This document shows, piece after piece, positions 1 to 12,880 of a stretch of DNA of 64,000 bases. Source of the DNA: Adineta vaga. Lineage: Eukaryota; Animalia; Rotifera. The notes beneath the pieces are model-generated. The model did no database searches. It had not been told where the DNA came from and saw nothing but the letters and a program-made list of their open reading frames with translations. The translations under genes were made by a program, and so were the position numbers. The stretch is from the NCBI GenBank assembly GCA_021613535.1, contig CP075493.1, positions 4,526,001 through 4,590,000 of the forward strand, given 5' to 3'. How positions within the stretch are numbered: position 1 is the stretch's first letter; the number at the start of each line of letters is the position of its first letter.

Positions 1-2
1 AA

Positions 3-1079
3 ATGACAATATCTGTCTTAGATCTAGAAAATAAATGGATTTCCATTGGAAATATGTCTGAATCTTTAATGAACCAGAGATCGATATTCATTCCAGAAGA
101 TAATTCTATTCTTGTTATGGGTGGTACTCAAGATGAATTCCTCTTTTCAAATAAAATTCAAAAGTATCAATTGATAAATCAATCATTGATATTAAACTTC
201 AGCAGTTCGATGAATATTAAACGTAATCTTTATTCAGCTGATCGACTATCATTATCAGGTTTAATTCTGCTCATTGCTACATCAGAAGAACAATCAATTG
301 CTGAATTATTCGATCCTATTTCAAGTCACACGACATCAATCGAAATGTTAACTAATCGACGATTTTATACATCTGTTGTTCTTCCAAAAGAAGATAGAAT
401 TATTTTAATAGGTGGTAATAATTATTCGTCGACTGTTCTCTCAACTGGTGATGTTTTTAATGGTACACATTTTCTACCGATATTAAATAAAATGATGGTT
501 AAACGTATCTATCATACAGCTACATATATACCAACAATGAATAAAATTCTAATTACTGGTGGACGAGATAATGAAAATGATGGAAAAAATACATATGATA
601 CAATTGAATTCTATGATATAACTTCGAACATGTTTGAAAGAATACCCAATATTACGATGTCAATAGCACGAGCTCGACATACAGCTACTTATATTCCATT
701 TCCTATTGATAAAGTATTGATTATCGGCGGAGAAACTAATGATATCAATTATCTTGATAGTTGTGAATTATTTGATATTCAAACATTATCATTTACAAAA
801 CAAGGAACAATTGCTTATGGACGTTCGGATCATCATGCTGCATTATTGAATAATAATAATGATATTTTAATAACAGATGGTATTTCGAATAGTATGTCAA
901 TTATATCATCAGAAGTTTTTAGTCTAAAAACAATGTCTTCATGCCCAACGGCAACGATGAATACACTTCGAGAACGTTTTACATCGACATTAATACCATT
1001 AACTGGTGAAGTACTTGTGTGTGGTGGTAGAGATATTTTCTATAATACATTGAATAGTTGCGAACTTTATATTCCATAA
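3..1079 (+). CDS. Kelch-repeat (galactose oxidase-type) beta-propeller protein, possibly 5'-truncated by the window edge
   Basis: Repeated R-x-x-H-T-A-T...(I/V)LI(T/I)GG...ELF/YD units (e.g. RIYHTATYIP..KILITGG, RARHTATYIP..KVLIIGG); intronless ORF. Confidence 0.85.
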   Translation: MTISVLDLENKWISIGNMSESLMNQRSIFIPEDNSILVMGGTQDEFLFSNKIQKYQLINQSLILNFSSSMNIKRNLYSADRLSLSGLILLIATSEEQSIAELFDPISSHTTSIEMLTNRRFYTSVVLPKEDRIILIGGNNYSSTVLSTGDVFNGTHFLPILNKMMVKRIYHTATYIPTMNKILITGGRDNENDGKNTYDTIEFYDITSNMFERIPNITMSIARARHTATYIPFPIDKVLIIGGETNDINYLDSCELFDIQTLSFTKQGTIAYGRSDHHAALLNNNNDILITDGISNSMSIISSEVFSLKTMSSCPTATMNTLRERFTSTLIPLTGEVLVCGGRDIFYNTLNSCELYIP

Positions 1080-1251
1080 GATTAAATCGAATAAAATATT
1101 TTTCTTTGGATTAATGACATTTGAGATTCAACGAGTAATCTATGTAACTCTATTTTAAAACGTACTAGTTAAGAATATGAAAAGAAGAAAAATCAATAAA
1201 TAAACTGAACAGAAAACTTCAGAGTGTTCCTCGGAAAGATAAATCATATTA

Positions 1252-3414
1252 TTACCAATAATAAAATTGATTACGTTCATTCTTATCATTCATATCACAA
1301 CCAGGAGTCCATTTGGAAAGTTTCGTTAGATTTTTAAAGCCAAGCTGTGCTGCTGGACTATTTGATTGTATAGTAAAGAAATCACATTGATTTACATCAC
1401 CCATAAATAGTGGATCGGCAATGAGACTACTATTATCTTGTCCAGTTTTTTGCCAATCAGAAAATGATGTATGATGTCTTCCGAATAGTAATGTTGTACC
1501 GTACGGATTATAATAAAGATTATTATTAAAGAAAGCAATGACATCTTGATCAGATTCGTAAGCTGAATGATTACTACCTTGAAATGTATCATAAACAATA
1601 TTACGTTGAAATATTAATGATGTATGATTTTCAGCAAGTGCAATATGAATATCACCATCCGTATCTGGATCACCAGCATGTGGTGGTGGATTAAGTGAAG
1701 CACGTGCAAAGACATTATTGATAATAGTATTATTAGCACCATAATGTTGAAAAAATGATGCCCAACCAGTGTTGTAAACAACATTATTGGAGACAACAAC
1801 TTGAGATGTACCTTCATCAAGATAGATACCCCACATATACATAGCATAACTAAATACGTTCTTAATGACATTTCCATGAATTACTGTTCCTGGTTGAATA
1901 CCAAGTGTATAGATACCACCTTGATCACAGAGTATATGTTGTCCAGTATTATAGATATAGTTACCTTGAACTAATATATTACTAGTATACGATGGAGCAT
2001 AACTCCAAGTCCAACCAAGCGATATCCCCGTATATCGATGATGATGAATACTATTATCAGCAATGATAACATCCATGGCTCGGTGACTGATAACGGCGAC
2101 ACCACTAGGAAAAACATTTCCACCATAACTTATTTCATTAGAGATAATATGAATAGATGTGGTCGGTGTTGGAACTGGTTCTATCATTTGTCCTATTCGA
2201 ATACCACCAGCACCAGTATCTGTTACTAAAGAATTAAGTATATTAATATTAGTTGTACCTTCTTTGATCCATACGCCATATGAACCTGTATGACTAATTT
2301 CAATATCGGAAATAATGATAGCTGTTGCATTAGCTATGTAGAGTGAAGCATATGTAAGAAAAGACGCTGCTTGGGCATCAGCCTGTTGTGTACGATCAAT
2401 ATTCCATGCACTATGTTGTATGACGATATTATTTATAATGATATCTTCGACAGGATTTGTAACATCATCACCAGCTACGGTCATAACGATTTCATTTATT
2501 GGCGTAATGATTTCAGATTGATTTGGATCGTAAGATCCATCTGTTGCTAAATAAACTGTTTTAGTTGCACTGACGAAACAAAATGTATTTGCAGACAATG
2601 CTGTACACATATTTTCAACATGAAAGCGTCGTTGACCTTGAGCTACAGCTGCTCCAATGGGACGATCCGATGGATTTGTAAAGAGAATTGTTCGATTACT
2701 ATCAAGTTTATCAATGTAATGATGTGATGTTGTCCAACTGTGATAGACAACAACCATTGTATCATTGAGTGGCCAGGATGAATCAAATTGTCCATCAGCA
2801 TAATGAAAACCATATCGTGCTTGATTCGGATCGGATAATGGAGCTTCATATTGCAGATATGTCGATGGATTCATAGGAACACGTGTACGAGGAATACGTT
2901 GAGTATTGACAAATAATTGATTGATAAACACTGATGTAGTAACATTTGCTTGATAAACATTACCACCCATGGATATCCAACCAGTCACTGGTATTCCACC
3001 ACTTACACTTGCTTTTGGTAATAAGCGATGTACATATTTGGAAAAGATCTGTTTCTGATACAACATAACATCGTTGACATTCATTGTTGTCAATCGTGTA
3101 TGACTATGAACTTGTCGAAAGCGAATAGGATCGACATAGTGATGAACTGGATATAAATAAATTGTTGCTCTTCGTGATGATGTCATTCTACAATAATAAT
3201 TCCGTTCGATATGATCAAGTGCTTGTTGAAGTGATGAATAGGGTCGTGTAAATGAACCATCTGCATTATCACCAAATAATAATGGAAATGGAACAACATA
3301 AAGCTCATTGATCAATGCTGTTGTGCTACATGACGAATTAATATGATTTGTCTTAACAAATGCTACTAAAACATAAAACAATACTATCAATTGAAACATA
3401 TCGATCCGTATCAT
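1252..3414 (-). CDS. Secreted right-handed parallel beta-helix protein, GH141-like / pectin-lyase fold, bacterial type
   Basis: Signal peptide; motifs QLFVN..RIPRTR, YHSWTTS, DQGGIYTLGIQPGTVIHGNVI, WGIYLDEGTS, FFQHYGANNTIINNVFA; 720 aa, intronless. Confidence 0.8.
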   Translation of the reverse strand: MIRIDMFQLIVLFYVLVAFVKTNHINSSCSTTALINELYVVPFPLLFGDNADGSFTRPYSSLQQALDHIERNYYCRMTSSRRATIYLYPVHHYVDPIRFRQVHSHTRLTTMNVNDVMLYQKQIFSKYVHRLLPKASVSGGIPVTGWISMGGNVYQANVTTSVFINQLFVNTQRIPRTRVPMNPSTYLQYEAPLSDPNQARYGFHYADGQFDSSWPLNDTMVVVYHSWTTSHHYIDKLDSNRTILFTNPSDRPIGAAVAQGQRRFHVENMCTALSANTFCFVSATKTVYLATDGSYDPNQSEIITPINEIVMTVAGDDVTNPVEDIIINNIVIQHSAWNIDRTQQADAQAASFLTYASLYIANATAIIISDIEISHTGSYGVWIKEGTTNINILNSLVTDTGAGGIRIGQMIEPVPTPTTSIHIISNEISYGGNVFPSGVAVISHRAMDVIIADNSIHHHRYTGISLGWTWSYAPSYTSNILVQGNYIYNTGQHILCDQGGIYTLGIQPGTVIHGNVIKNVFSYAMYMWGIYLDEGTSQVVVSNNVVYNTGWASFFQHYGANNTIINNVFARASLNPPPHAGDPDTDGDIHIALAENHTSLIFQRNIVYDTFQGSNHSAYESDQDVIAFFNNNLYYNPYGTTLLFGRHHTSFSDWQKTGQDNSSLIADPLFMGDVNQCDFFTIQSNSPAAQLGFKNLTKLSKWTPGCDMNDKNERNQFYYW

Positions 3415-4174
3415 AATACTGTTGTCTATGTTTCCTGTCGTTTTTCTTATAATTAATAAATCTAAAATAAATGAGAATTAATATGCCATCAGTAACTACA
3501 CACTAGAATAATACGAACGAAAAAAAAACGAATATTTAGAGTAATAATCTTCTTTATTAACACATGTACCTTGAAATATTAATAGATTTTGAGATAAAAT
3601 GCATATTATATCATCTGGTTATACAAATTTTATTCACACTACAGCGATAATAATATTAATAAATCTTTTCTATCTTCATATGAAAGTCAATAAATTATTT
3701 ATACATACTCATCCCAATTAAAATTTTTGATAAAACAAATCTTTCTGAATTATTCTACAAAACATTTGTATATAGTTTCAAAAAAATTCGTTTGGTTCCA
3801 TTTGCCATCGATCAATAATAGTATAATTTCTATTAACTTTTATTTCAGTTTAAATTAATAGAACACCAATCTGAAGTATTGTTTTTATTTATGGACGTCT
3901 TACCTGGCGTTGTGCATGACATGTGACAAAATATACAAGGTTACATCATGAAGTAAAGGACAAAAAAAAGAAAAATACTACGAAATTTGAATGATTTATT
4001 GTTGTTTACGTTTGTAAAACAGATACAAACTTTTTCTTACTCTCGCCTTCTATTTATATGTATGCGAACAAAATCTTCTGTATAATAGAAGTTGATTTTT
4101 TTCTCGAAAAGAAAAACAAATTTGAACAATAAGAAGAAGGAAGTTCGATTATCCATTGCATATCAATGAATTCT

Positions 4175-6355
4175 TTACGTTAGCTTATAAAATTCAGGTG
4201 AAGATAAAAGTGTCAATGCAGTAAACAAAGCCATTGAAATCGAAAAAAGAATTAAACAAAGACGATCAATAACCATGGCCATAAATCTCCAATCCTGTGA
4301 TTCATCATCGAGTTTTTCTTCTCGTTGAATATGATGCGTTATAATAGCTAAATGATTAATAATCATTCGTAGTTCTGAACGAATCAGTTCTTTATCAAAT
4401 AAAGGATTTTCTTTTGTTAAATCTTGTTGACGACGAGAATGCGATGATTTAGAACTCGGAGTTAGTGAAAAATTGATTATGGAATCTGGACATTGTCTAT
4501 CTTTATCATCGGAAAATGTTGAAGAATGTTCATTTATATTGATTATATTATTCGGTAATGTTTCGAAAACATTACTTAATAATGGTGCAGATGGAATTTT
4601 GTTATCAAGATTATTAATAGATCCATTGATTACATTGGATTCTTTATCTGATTGTGACCAACGACGTCGTATTGCATGCCATGAAAGATCATATCGAGGA
4701 CGTTTCATCCGTAATAACCAAGCCAAATAATCACAAATATATTTTCGAGTCTGAAAAAGAAGTATCAAATCGAATGGAAAGAATTCTAAGATGTAACTTA
4801 ACATACCCATTTAGGTATTAGATGATTTTTTCCATTTCGAAAATGAATTGAAATAACTAATACGGATGCCACAACGGATATTGTTGACATTATCATAATA
4901 CATAGAAAATATTTAGTTATAATAGGTACAGCTGCTGAACTTGGTGGCATGATTTCTGCCATTAATAAACTGAACATAATTACCGAAAGAAGAATTGTAA
5001 TTTCTATAAAAAAAAGACACGATTACATGTCATAAATAAAATAAATTCATTATACGATCAATTTCAAATTCTTACGTAATGTTAATTTTTCACCACTATC
5101 GGGTGCTAGAACAAAGCCAAGTATTGTCATACAACTGATCAAAAAACAAGGTACTAAAGATGAAAGAAAGACAATCAATGTTTGTGTTCGATCAAATCAT
5201 TCTTACCAACGATATTTGTGAAATAATACATCGAACGTCGACGAATTTTAAGTGTATAGAGAACGAAGGGATATAACGTCGGACAACAATCATATTTTAA
5301 TGCATCACTAACTGCTGTAAAATCTAAATAAAAATATATCATTATCTAAGAATAACAAACTCATGAGAAATTACTTTCTAGATCCCATTCTGCACTTTTT
5401 ATATACGCATCTAATTGACCTTTATTACTGTCAGCAGTCAGATTAATTCCTATCAGAAGAAAAACAATCTTATCAGAATATCTCGTTTCTTTTTTTTTCA
5501 TCATATAATTTACCATCACTATCGTATGTCCATGATCCAAATTTCAATGTACAATATTGTGTATCCAAAAAAATGCAAAGATAAACGATAAAAATTTAAT
5601 GAAATTATTAAAACAAAACTTACAAATGGAAATAAAGCAATATTAAATGAACAAATTGATTTGAATATTCCTGGTGGAACATATAAGATATTTCCATCAT
5701 GTTGTACAACGGCATTGACTTTCATAGTACTATCAAACTTTTCGTCAGCACTGAAAAGAAATGCAATTTATCATTCGATCATACTTATCGTTTAAGAAAC
5801 GAGTATACCTATTATAGAGAAGAATATCTGGTGTCCAAATTTGTGCACTTGGTAATCGAACAGAAGAAATGCCACCAAATTCATTTGGATCCCAAACCAA
5901 ATTATAATCATGCCATGACTGTAAGAAAGTAATTTTTAGAATAATAAAAGTAGTTAGTATATATAGAAAGAGACATACGAGAACTAACCAACCACTGATA
6001 ATAATCACTTCATTTTTTCCATCCTAGAAATAGTCGAAGACTACGGTAGAGTAGAAAGAAATAATCTTTATTCTTACTTACAAAATCAATTATTTGTTGT
6101 AGAGCTAAATTCATACTGACAGCAACTGTTTTATTATCATCTTCAACAGGTCGTTCAAGTAGATCATATTGTCGATCAGTCAAGAGATATTTTGTTAAAC
6201 GACGATGATGAGTGCCTCCAACTATCATTCGTTATAGTTTCTCTTTTGTCTTCGCTAAAACTCATCAACTTACGTATTACGTTGAATAATGAAGATACAA
6301 TTAGTAGGTACAATATCAATTGTTGTTGTTGTTGTTGTTGTTTTGTATTTACCAT
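4175..6355 (-). CDS. Nicotinic acetylcholine receptor alpha subunit (alpha7/ACR-16-like), multi-exon
   Basis: Spliced exons give signal peptide, YDLLERPV, WTPDILLYN, Cys-loop PPGIFKSICSFNIALFPF, vicinal YDCC (about 5283-5294), PDSGEKLTL, and TM4 DWRFMAMVIDRLCL; ATG at 6355. Confidence 0.93.
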
Positions 6356-8098
6356 GAGTCCTTCAAAAATTTACATATAGCATAAGATGAAATCATACAT
6401 GTACCATTTTAGAACATTGACAAATTATATTTGCAGTAATTATTAAATTAACATGTCTATGAAGCATTGTGCATAAGAAAAACATATAGTCAGGTTCGTA
6501 GAACTAGCGAGTTCTTTATCTCTGCCTCTCTCGAGTATGCTTACCCTCGATTTGTCAGTTATAGTTATCTGGGTTTGTATATTCGAAGAGTCGTTGAAAA
6601 AATATAATCTATCAATTAGTTTCTATTGACAACTTTCTCAAGATTAATAATAAAGATTTATACTTTATTACGAAGAGTTTAAGAATGATGATGAAAAAGA
6701 TAATTGTAAATAGTTTTGTACAATTAAGAAAAACACCTATATCGGAAAAGTGTTAATAATAATAATATAAAAGAAAATAATTGTATAATACACGTGTGAA
6801 AGTGAAAGAAATAGAGGAGATTAGATTTTATTTGTATTTGAATAGAATAATAAAGGTAATCGATTTTTCTGATCAAAATAGTGAGGAAAAGAAAAGAAAA
6901 GAAATACGATAGATTTATTAAATTATAAATTACACATTCCCCTGTCATGGTTGAATGACGAATACAAGATCAATAGAAAAGAAATCAACGATTATTTTTG
7001 TAGCCATGAGAATGTTATTATCAACTTAGACATGTATATTTCTTAGAAAACAATTATATACATCGATTGTTATGCGACTAATTTCAATTCATTCTTTTTT
7101 TTCTAATTTCAATATTGACTTTATTTGAAGTTGAAACCATTGTTTTACATCACTTCAATGAAAATATATTTTGATTTGAATAGAATTATCATAATTAACT
7201 TTCTCAAAGTATCTTATACGAATAAAAATGAAATACGATCACTCACATGAAAATAAGAAGAATTGTCAATCGTATGTTCATTGAAATTCAATAATAAACG
7301 GTGTTTTACCTGAATGAGTGTCGATACGTAGGCAATCATGTACAATATCTATTCTTTTCTAATATGATTCTAAAGAGATCATTTCTCAACATGTTTCATG
7401 TCGTGTTTGTTAAATATTCTCAATTGTGTACTTGCGATATTCATTCATGTTGGAAAGTATCGACATATTTATCATATAGATGCTTCAATTCAACTTGATA
7501 ATTACTAAAGTAGCGTATTTCGTACTTTTGTAGAATAACTGTCTTTTTTGGTAGCAAAGCTTTATTGTATAAAACAACACAGTAACATAAAGTCAACGGA
7601 AGGTATTGTACTTATACAAAAGCTGGAGTAGAAAAAAAAAGGACACATGACGTATGTCTTTTGTCCGTGGAATATAAATAAGAACGAGAAAAGTTATATA
7701 TACTAATAGTGATTGTAGATGGGGTGACGCGTGTAAAGTCTAACAAGAATAACTGCCTGAAATATGGTTATACTAGATCAACTTTTCATCGAACAATGAT
7801 TCACTCAATGTGTACATAAAGAAATAACAAGGTACAAATAGTAGAAAACTTCAATATTCTCTTCAATGAGATTTAAAACTCGATAAATCATACAGTCTTT
7901 TCCAAAAAAGAAAAGAAAAGTATATGTTTGATTTGAATAAAAATAAGGAGTTCGTTAAAGACGATTACAAGAGTGAAAAAAATACATAGTTCGTATATCT
8001 TATAAATGCGTCATTAATGACACGATAGTAACTGAAGCATAACATTTGCGTTACCTAGACTGTCTTCATTATGAATGCAATATTTTTGATATATCACG

Positions 8099-9358
8099 AT
8101 GGGTATAGTCATGAAAGATTGGCTTCTTACACTTTATTATGAGTGAGTAAACATTCCATCGAAATGATTTGTTTTAAACTAAATTTTCTGTTTTATAGAC
8201 TGACGGGTCTATATGTTGGTGTAAAAAAACATACATTATCGCTTGATGATGATGAACATACGATATTCAGTTATTATGAAAAAGGTAAACCTATCCTTGG
8301 ACAAGCAAGTATGCTATTTATACACGGATTTTCATCGAATAAAGAAGCATGGCTTCCTGTAATGCAAGTAAAACTATTACGAATTCATTTCATTACAATA
8401 CTCTTTTATATTTTAAGTTTATTCCTGATGAATATCATTCGATTTTAATTGATTTACCACGACATGGAGAAACAGTTGATTTAAAAGAAGATCAACATAC
8501 TATTGATGAAGTTCTTGATAAATTAAAATTAGTAATAGATCTATTTTCTACTTCTAAACATAAATATGTTTTCTTCATTTAGTTTATTGATAATATGAAA
8601 CTAACTGAACCAATATATTTAATTGGAGCATCTATCGGTGGAACAATTGTTGCTCTATTTACGATTAAATATCCTGAATATATTAGTATGATCTGTTTAC
8701 TTGCACCACCTCGTAAGTAACCCTATTTATTTTGATACATCGATCGAATTCATTTGATAAATTTCATAGCTATAAAACGGTATGAAAGTGATTTAATTCG
8801 ACAAATACATTCAGGAATGGATCATATTCTTTTACCAGCAACTACGAAAGAATTTTATGATATGGTGAATTTATTAACAGTGAAGAAAGTTGATGAACCT
8901 AAAGCATTTCTTGATAAATATTTCAAATCACGATTACGTGTACGAGAACAACAGAGACAAAGTAAATTATTGAATATATTTCATTATATTCTCTTTCAAT
9001 TGAATTATTTAGTATTGCAATCATTTCTTGAATATGAATATTTTAATCTTGAACAATATTATGAACAATTAAAAACAACTCAATGTTCAGCATTGATTCT
9101 TTGGGGTCGTCAAGATCAAGTATGTGTAATTGTGAGAGAGAGAAAATGTAATGTATTTCTAATTTTCAAATTATTTAGTTATGTAAAGTTGAAGCTGCTG
9201 ATTATTTTTCCAATTTAATTTCCGATTCTCAAGTAATACTTTTTGATCAATGTGGTCATTTTATTTCCTATGAAAAACCAGAAGAAACAGCAAAAAATAT
9301 CATTGAATTCTTAGACGTGCAATCCTATGATATAGTCGAAGAGTCCACTGCATTTTAA
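8099..9358 (+). CDS. Alpha/beta hydrolase, ABHD6-like monoacylglycerol lipase, multi-exon
   Basis: FIHGFSS oxyanion motif, IDLPRHGET, nucleophile elbow GASIGG, LILWGRQDQ, CGHFISYEKPEE across GT-AG joined exons. Confidence 0.85.
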
Positions 9359-9639
9359 ATACAATTGTATATTTTTTTGTAAAACTTATTTCAGCTTATC
9401 AACTTTGTTGAATACAATCTAATCATTATTCGACAAAATCTCTTATTTCTTAATATTTATAAAATGAGTACGAATTATGCTCGAGTCTATATTGTGCTAG
9501 TTTGAACATAAGAACAAATACTTCTTGGTTTCTTTTGGATATTTATGTTTAGGATATCTGTGAATTAGTCAATTAATCTGTATTTCATATGAAGTTTGTT
9601 TTCTCGAATAAATGAACTAGAAAAAAAAGAATCTAGTTT

Positions 9640-10572
9640 TTATAATGGAGTATAAAGACGAACATATGGTTGCCAAGGAAAAGGACAGTATCGAACATCA
9701 ACATAAATGTCATATGAACGTTTTGTTCGTTCATTAATCAATCGAATCATTCGTTGATCACAATCAATAATTAATTGTATGACATCATCTGTCTCCATAT
9801 CATTTTGCCATCTACTATAATTTGTATTAGTAACACCGTGTAAATAAACATAATTATCCTTTCCCCAACCATAAAATGTGGGATTTTATACGGATGTGCG
9901 TAATCTGCTGTAGTTTGGGATATAATTCCAATAAAAATTCGACTTCTTGTTGGATCATATTGATCAAGTATAAATCGAATACGATGATTTCCCCACGAAT
10001 ATTCACCATAGGCATTTAAACTTTGATGTATGTTATGTTTTCGTCCACCCATATCATCAAATGCTTTTTCAGTCAATACAATTGTTCTTATAAATGGAAT
10101 TATAGTATCCATTTCTTCCATTTGTACTTTTTGATGTTTAATAAATAAATTTTGTAGTCGAGAAAGTTTCTCTGTCCATTGTTTTAGGTCTTTTTCAAAG
10201 TAATTTCCTTCATCTTGAGCTTTACGTAATTGTTTTGTAAGTGTTGCCAAACTTTCATCGATAGTATCAGTTTGTTCTCGATTAAGATTGAATAAATCAT
10301 GACGAATAGTATTTGCTGTTTTATGAATTTTCTCAATCGATTCTTGTTCCCATCGATCAATTTGTCCCATAATCATTCGACGATGTTCATCTGTCGAATT
10401 TTGTTTGAAACGATCATGAATATCGAGTAATTCATAGAATTGTTCGTCGAGATCATGTCGATGTTCATTTGTGTGCTGTAAACAAAATGTTTTCGAACAA
10501 CCAGGACATATAAATACACCAGCGGTTTTGCCGCATGATATACAAAATTTCTTCTGTTTTTTTGATGTCAAC
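9640..10572 (-). pseudogene. B-box + coiled-coil + SPRY/B30.2-like protein with one frameshift near 9885 (pseudogene or sequence error)
   Basis: CxxC..CxGC..FCLQH B-box; adding one A in the A4 run near 9885 restores FYGWGKDNYVY...DVIQLIIDCDQRMIRLINERT...CPFPWQPYVRL* ending at 9640. Confidence 0.75.
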
Positions 10573-11092
10573 ATAGAAATCTTATGATAGTAAATATACA
10601 GATACGAAGACAAAACTTATAAACAACTACTACTATCACTATCTGATAGTATTATTTAGAAGAAAAGGGTTATCTCCAACCACGACGTGCTGGGAGAAAA
10701 GGTAGACCACTTTTTGTAGAGTCAAATTTCAACGAAGATAACACGGCGACAATATTTATTTTTCATGATGAAGAGACAGTTTTGAGAAATTCCATTTGCG
10801 TCATGTTCGTATAGATTGCAAACATCTTTCCTAATAAAATATTTGCTCGTGAGTAAACAATGATATAATCAGAAAACGATCAAATATTATTTCTGTTATT
10901 GTATAAGATGAAAATGTTGAAATCATAATCGAAAATAGAGATGAAGTACATAAGACACTAGCACCCTCAATCGATATGTGGATTTCAATTGACTTAAACA
11001 ATCCTCCAATAGAGTTTCATTGAGAAATCTTGTCTTGTCTTTTCTTTTCATTTCGAAATTCTATTCTCATTCTCAAACGGACAGTCAATAGA

Positions 11093-12829
11093 ATGAATTT
11101 AGAATTCTTAGCTAATGAATTATTACTTGATCTATTCGATTATCTTCATCCAATTGAATTGCTTCATGCATTCTATGGTTTAAATATTCGTTTCAATAAT
11201 CTACTCTCTCTTTATCTTCAAACTCAATGCTTAGATTGTCGATCAATATCGAAACAAAATTTTGATTATCTTTGCAAAACAATTCTTCCTTGTATATCTG
11301 ATCAAATCATTTCAATTCATCTTTCGAATGGTGATGATGTACCCGGTGAACTCGATCAATTTTTTTCTTATGGATTTCAATTTCAACATTTGCATAATTT
11401 ACAAACATTATCATTATCTCATATTCGTTCAACAGAATTAGTTAATGAAATTCTCTTAGATTGTCCACAATTAGTTTCTTTGAATCTTATAAAATGTTAT
11501 TTTTATGATGATATTGAAACATCTAAACGATGTACGAATACAATTTGGAATTTATCGAAATTAAAATCGTGCTATCTAGATATTGAATATTGGACTTACT
11601 TCAAAAATTCTCTACCAACATGAATTTCATCATCTCTTCAAACTTTATCGATAGAAAATAATTACATATCTTTAGATAATTTAATTTCAATATTTAATTC
11701 TACACCTAATTTAAACAATTTTACTGTTGAAGTATCATCTTCTACTACAAAGAATGATCAACAAGTTTCATTTACAATTCCACGATTAAAGAAACTGAAT
11801 ATGAAATTTTATGAATCATTTCATATTTTAAGTTATTTTCTTAAGAATTTACCGAATTTATCTGAATTAATTATTGAAACTGACGAAATATGGATCGATG
11901 GTTATCAATGGGAAGATATTCTAATGAATTATTTAAAACAATTGAAAATCTTTCATTTACTAATGTTCTATCAAATCAATTCAGAGAAAAATATCATCGA
12001 TGAAATAACTTATTTGATCGAATCATTTCAAACAACATTTTGGTTGAATGAATATCAAAAATTTATTCGATGTGATTATCATTCAGAACATGGGCGAACT
12101 TGTCTCTATACACTTCCGTATGGTTTTCGAAAATTTAAGTCAGACACCTGCAATATGTCGATATCAACATATCCGAAAGAGAAAATGTCGAAAGCATTTC
12201 ATTCCGTTCGATCTGTCGTTCTTAGTTCTGTAACAAATGAATTTGCATCGAAAACATCCGTTCAATTGTCGAATATTCAACATCTTGAATTATATTATCC
12301 ATTTGATGATAAATTTTGGTTAGTTTTAACGAACTTCGATCGTTTAAGATCATTAGAAATCATTTCTATACCATTTCTATCGGAAACCGATCGACACATT
12401 GATTATGTTTATTCATTAATTGAACGTTCTAAATATCTTTATTCGTTATCAATGGATTATTTAGTTCTAGAAGAATTATCGACAATGTCAACTCCAATTA
12501 AATCTATTCGTCGATTAAATCTAATGGCTAATGATGGACATTTCTATGGATCTGAATGTATTTCATTAATACAATCATGTTTCGGTAATCAATGTGAAAT
12601 TTTATTCATCAATCTTGAAAATCGAACGATTGCTTTGGATATTATTCATCAAATGTCTTATCTTCGAGTATTAATATTTCAATGTCAAGATGATCAATGG
12701 GAAGATAATCAGGAAACGATGTCAACTACTGATGAACTTCTTCCATATTTCAAACAACATCTATCATCGAACTGTTCTATTCTACGAGATGAACATGAAT
12801 CAAATATCATTCAATTATGGATTCGTTAA
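11093..12829 (+). pseudogene. F-box/LRR-like protein of a lineage-expanded family, with one in-frame TGA at 11621-11623
   Basis: N-terminal LEFLANELLLDLFDYL F-box; ORFs 11030 and 11801 share a frame, separated by one TGA; collinear with the intact paralog at 38716-40467. Confidence 0.8.
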
Positions 12830-12880
12830 GTTATTCTGTTTTTGTTATAGTTATATAAAAAAATAAAAGAAGAAATAAAA

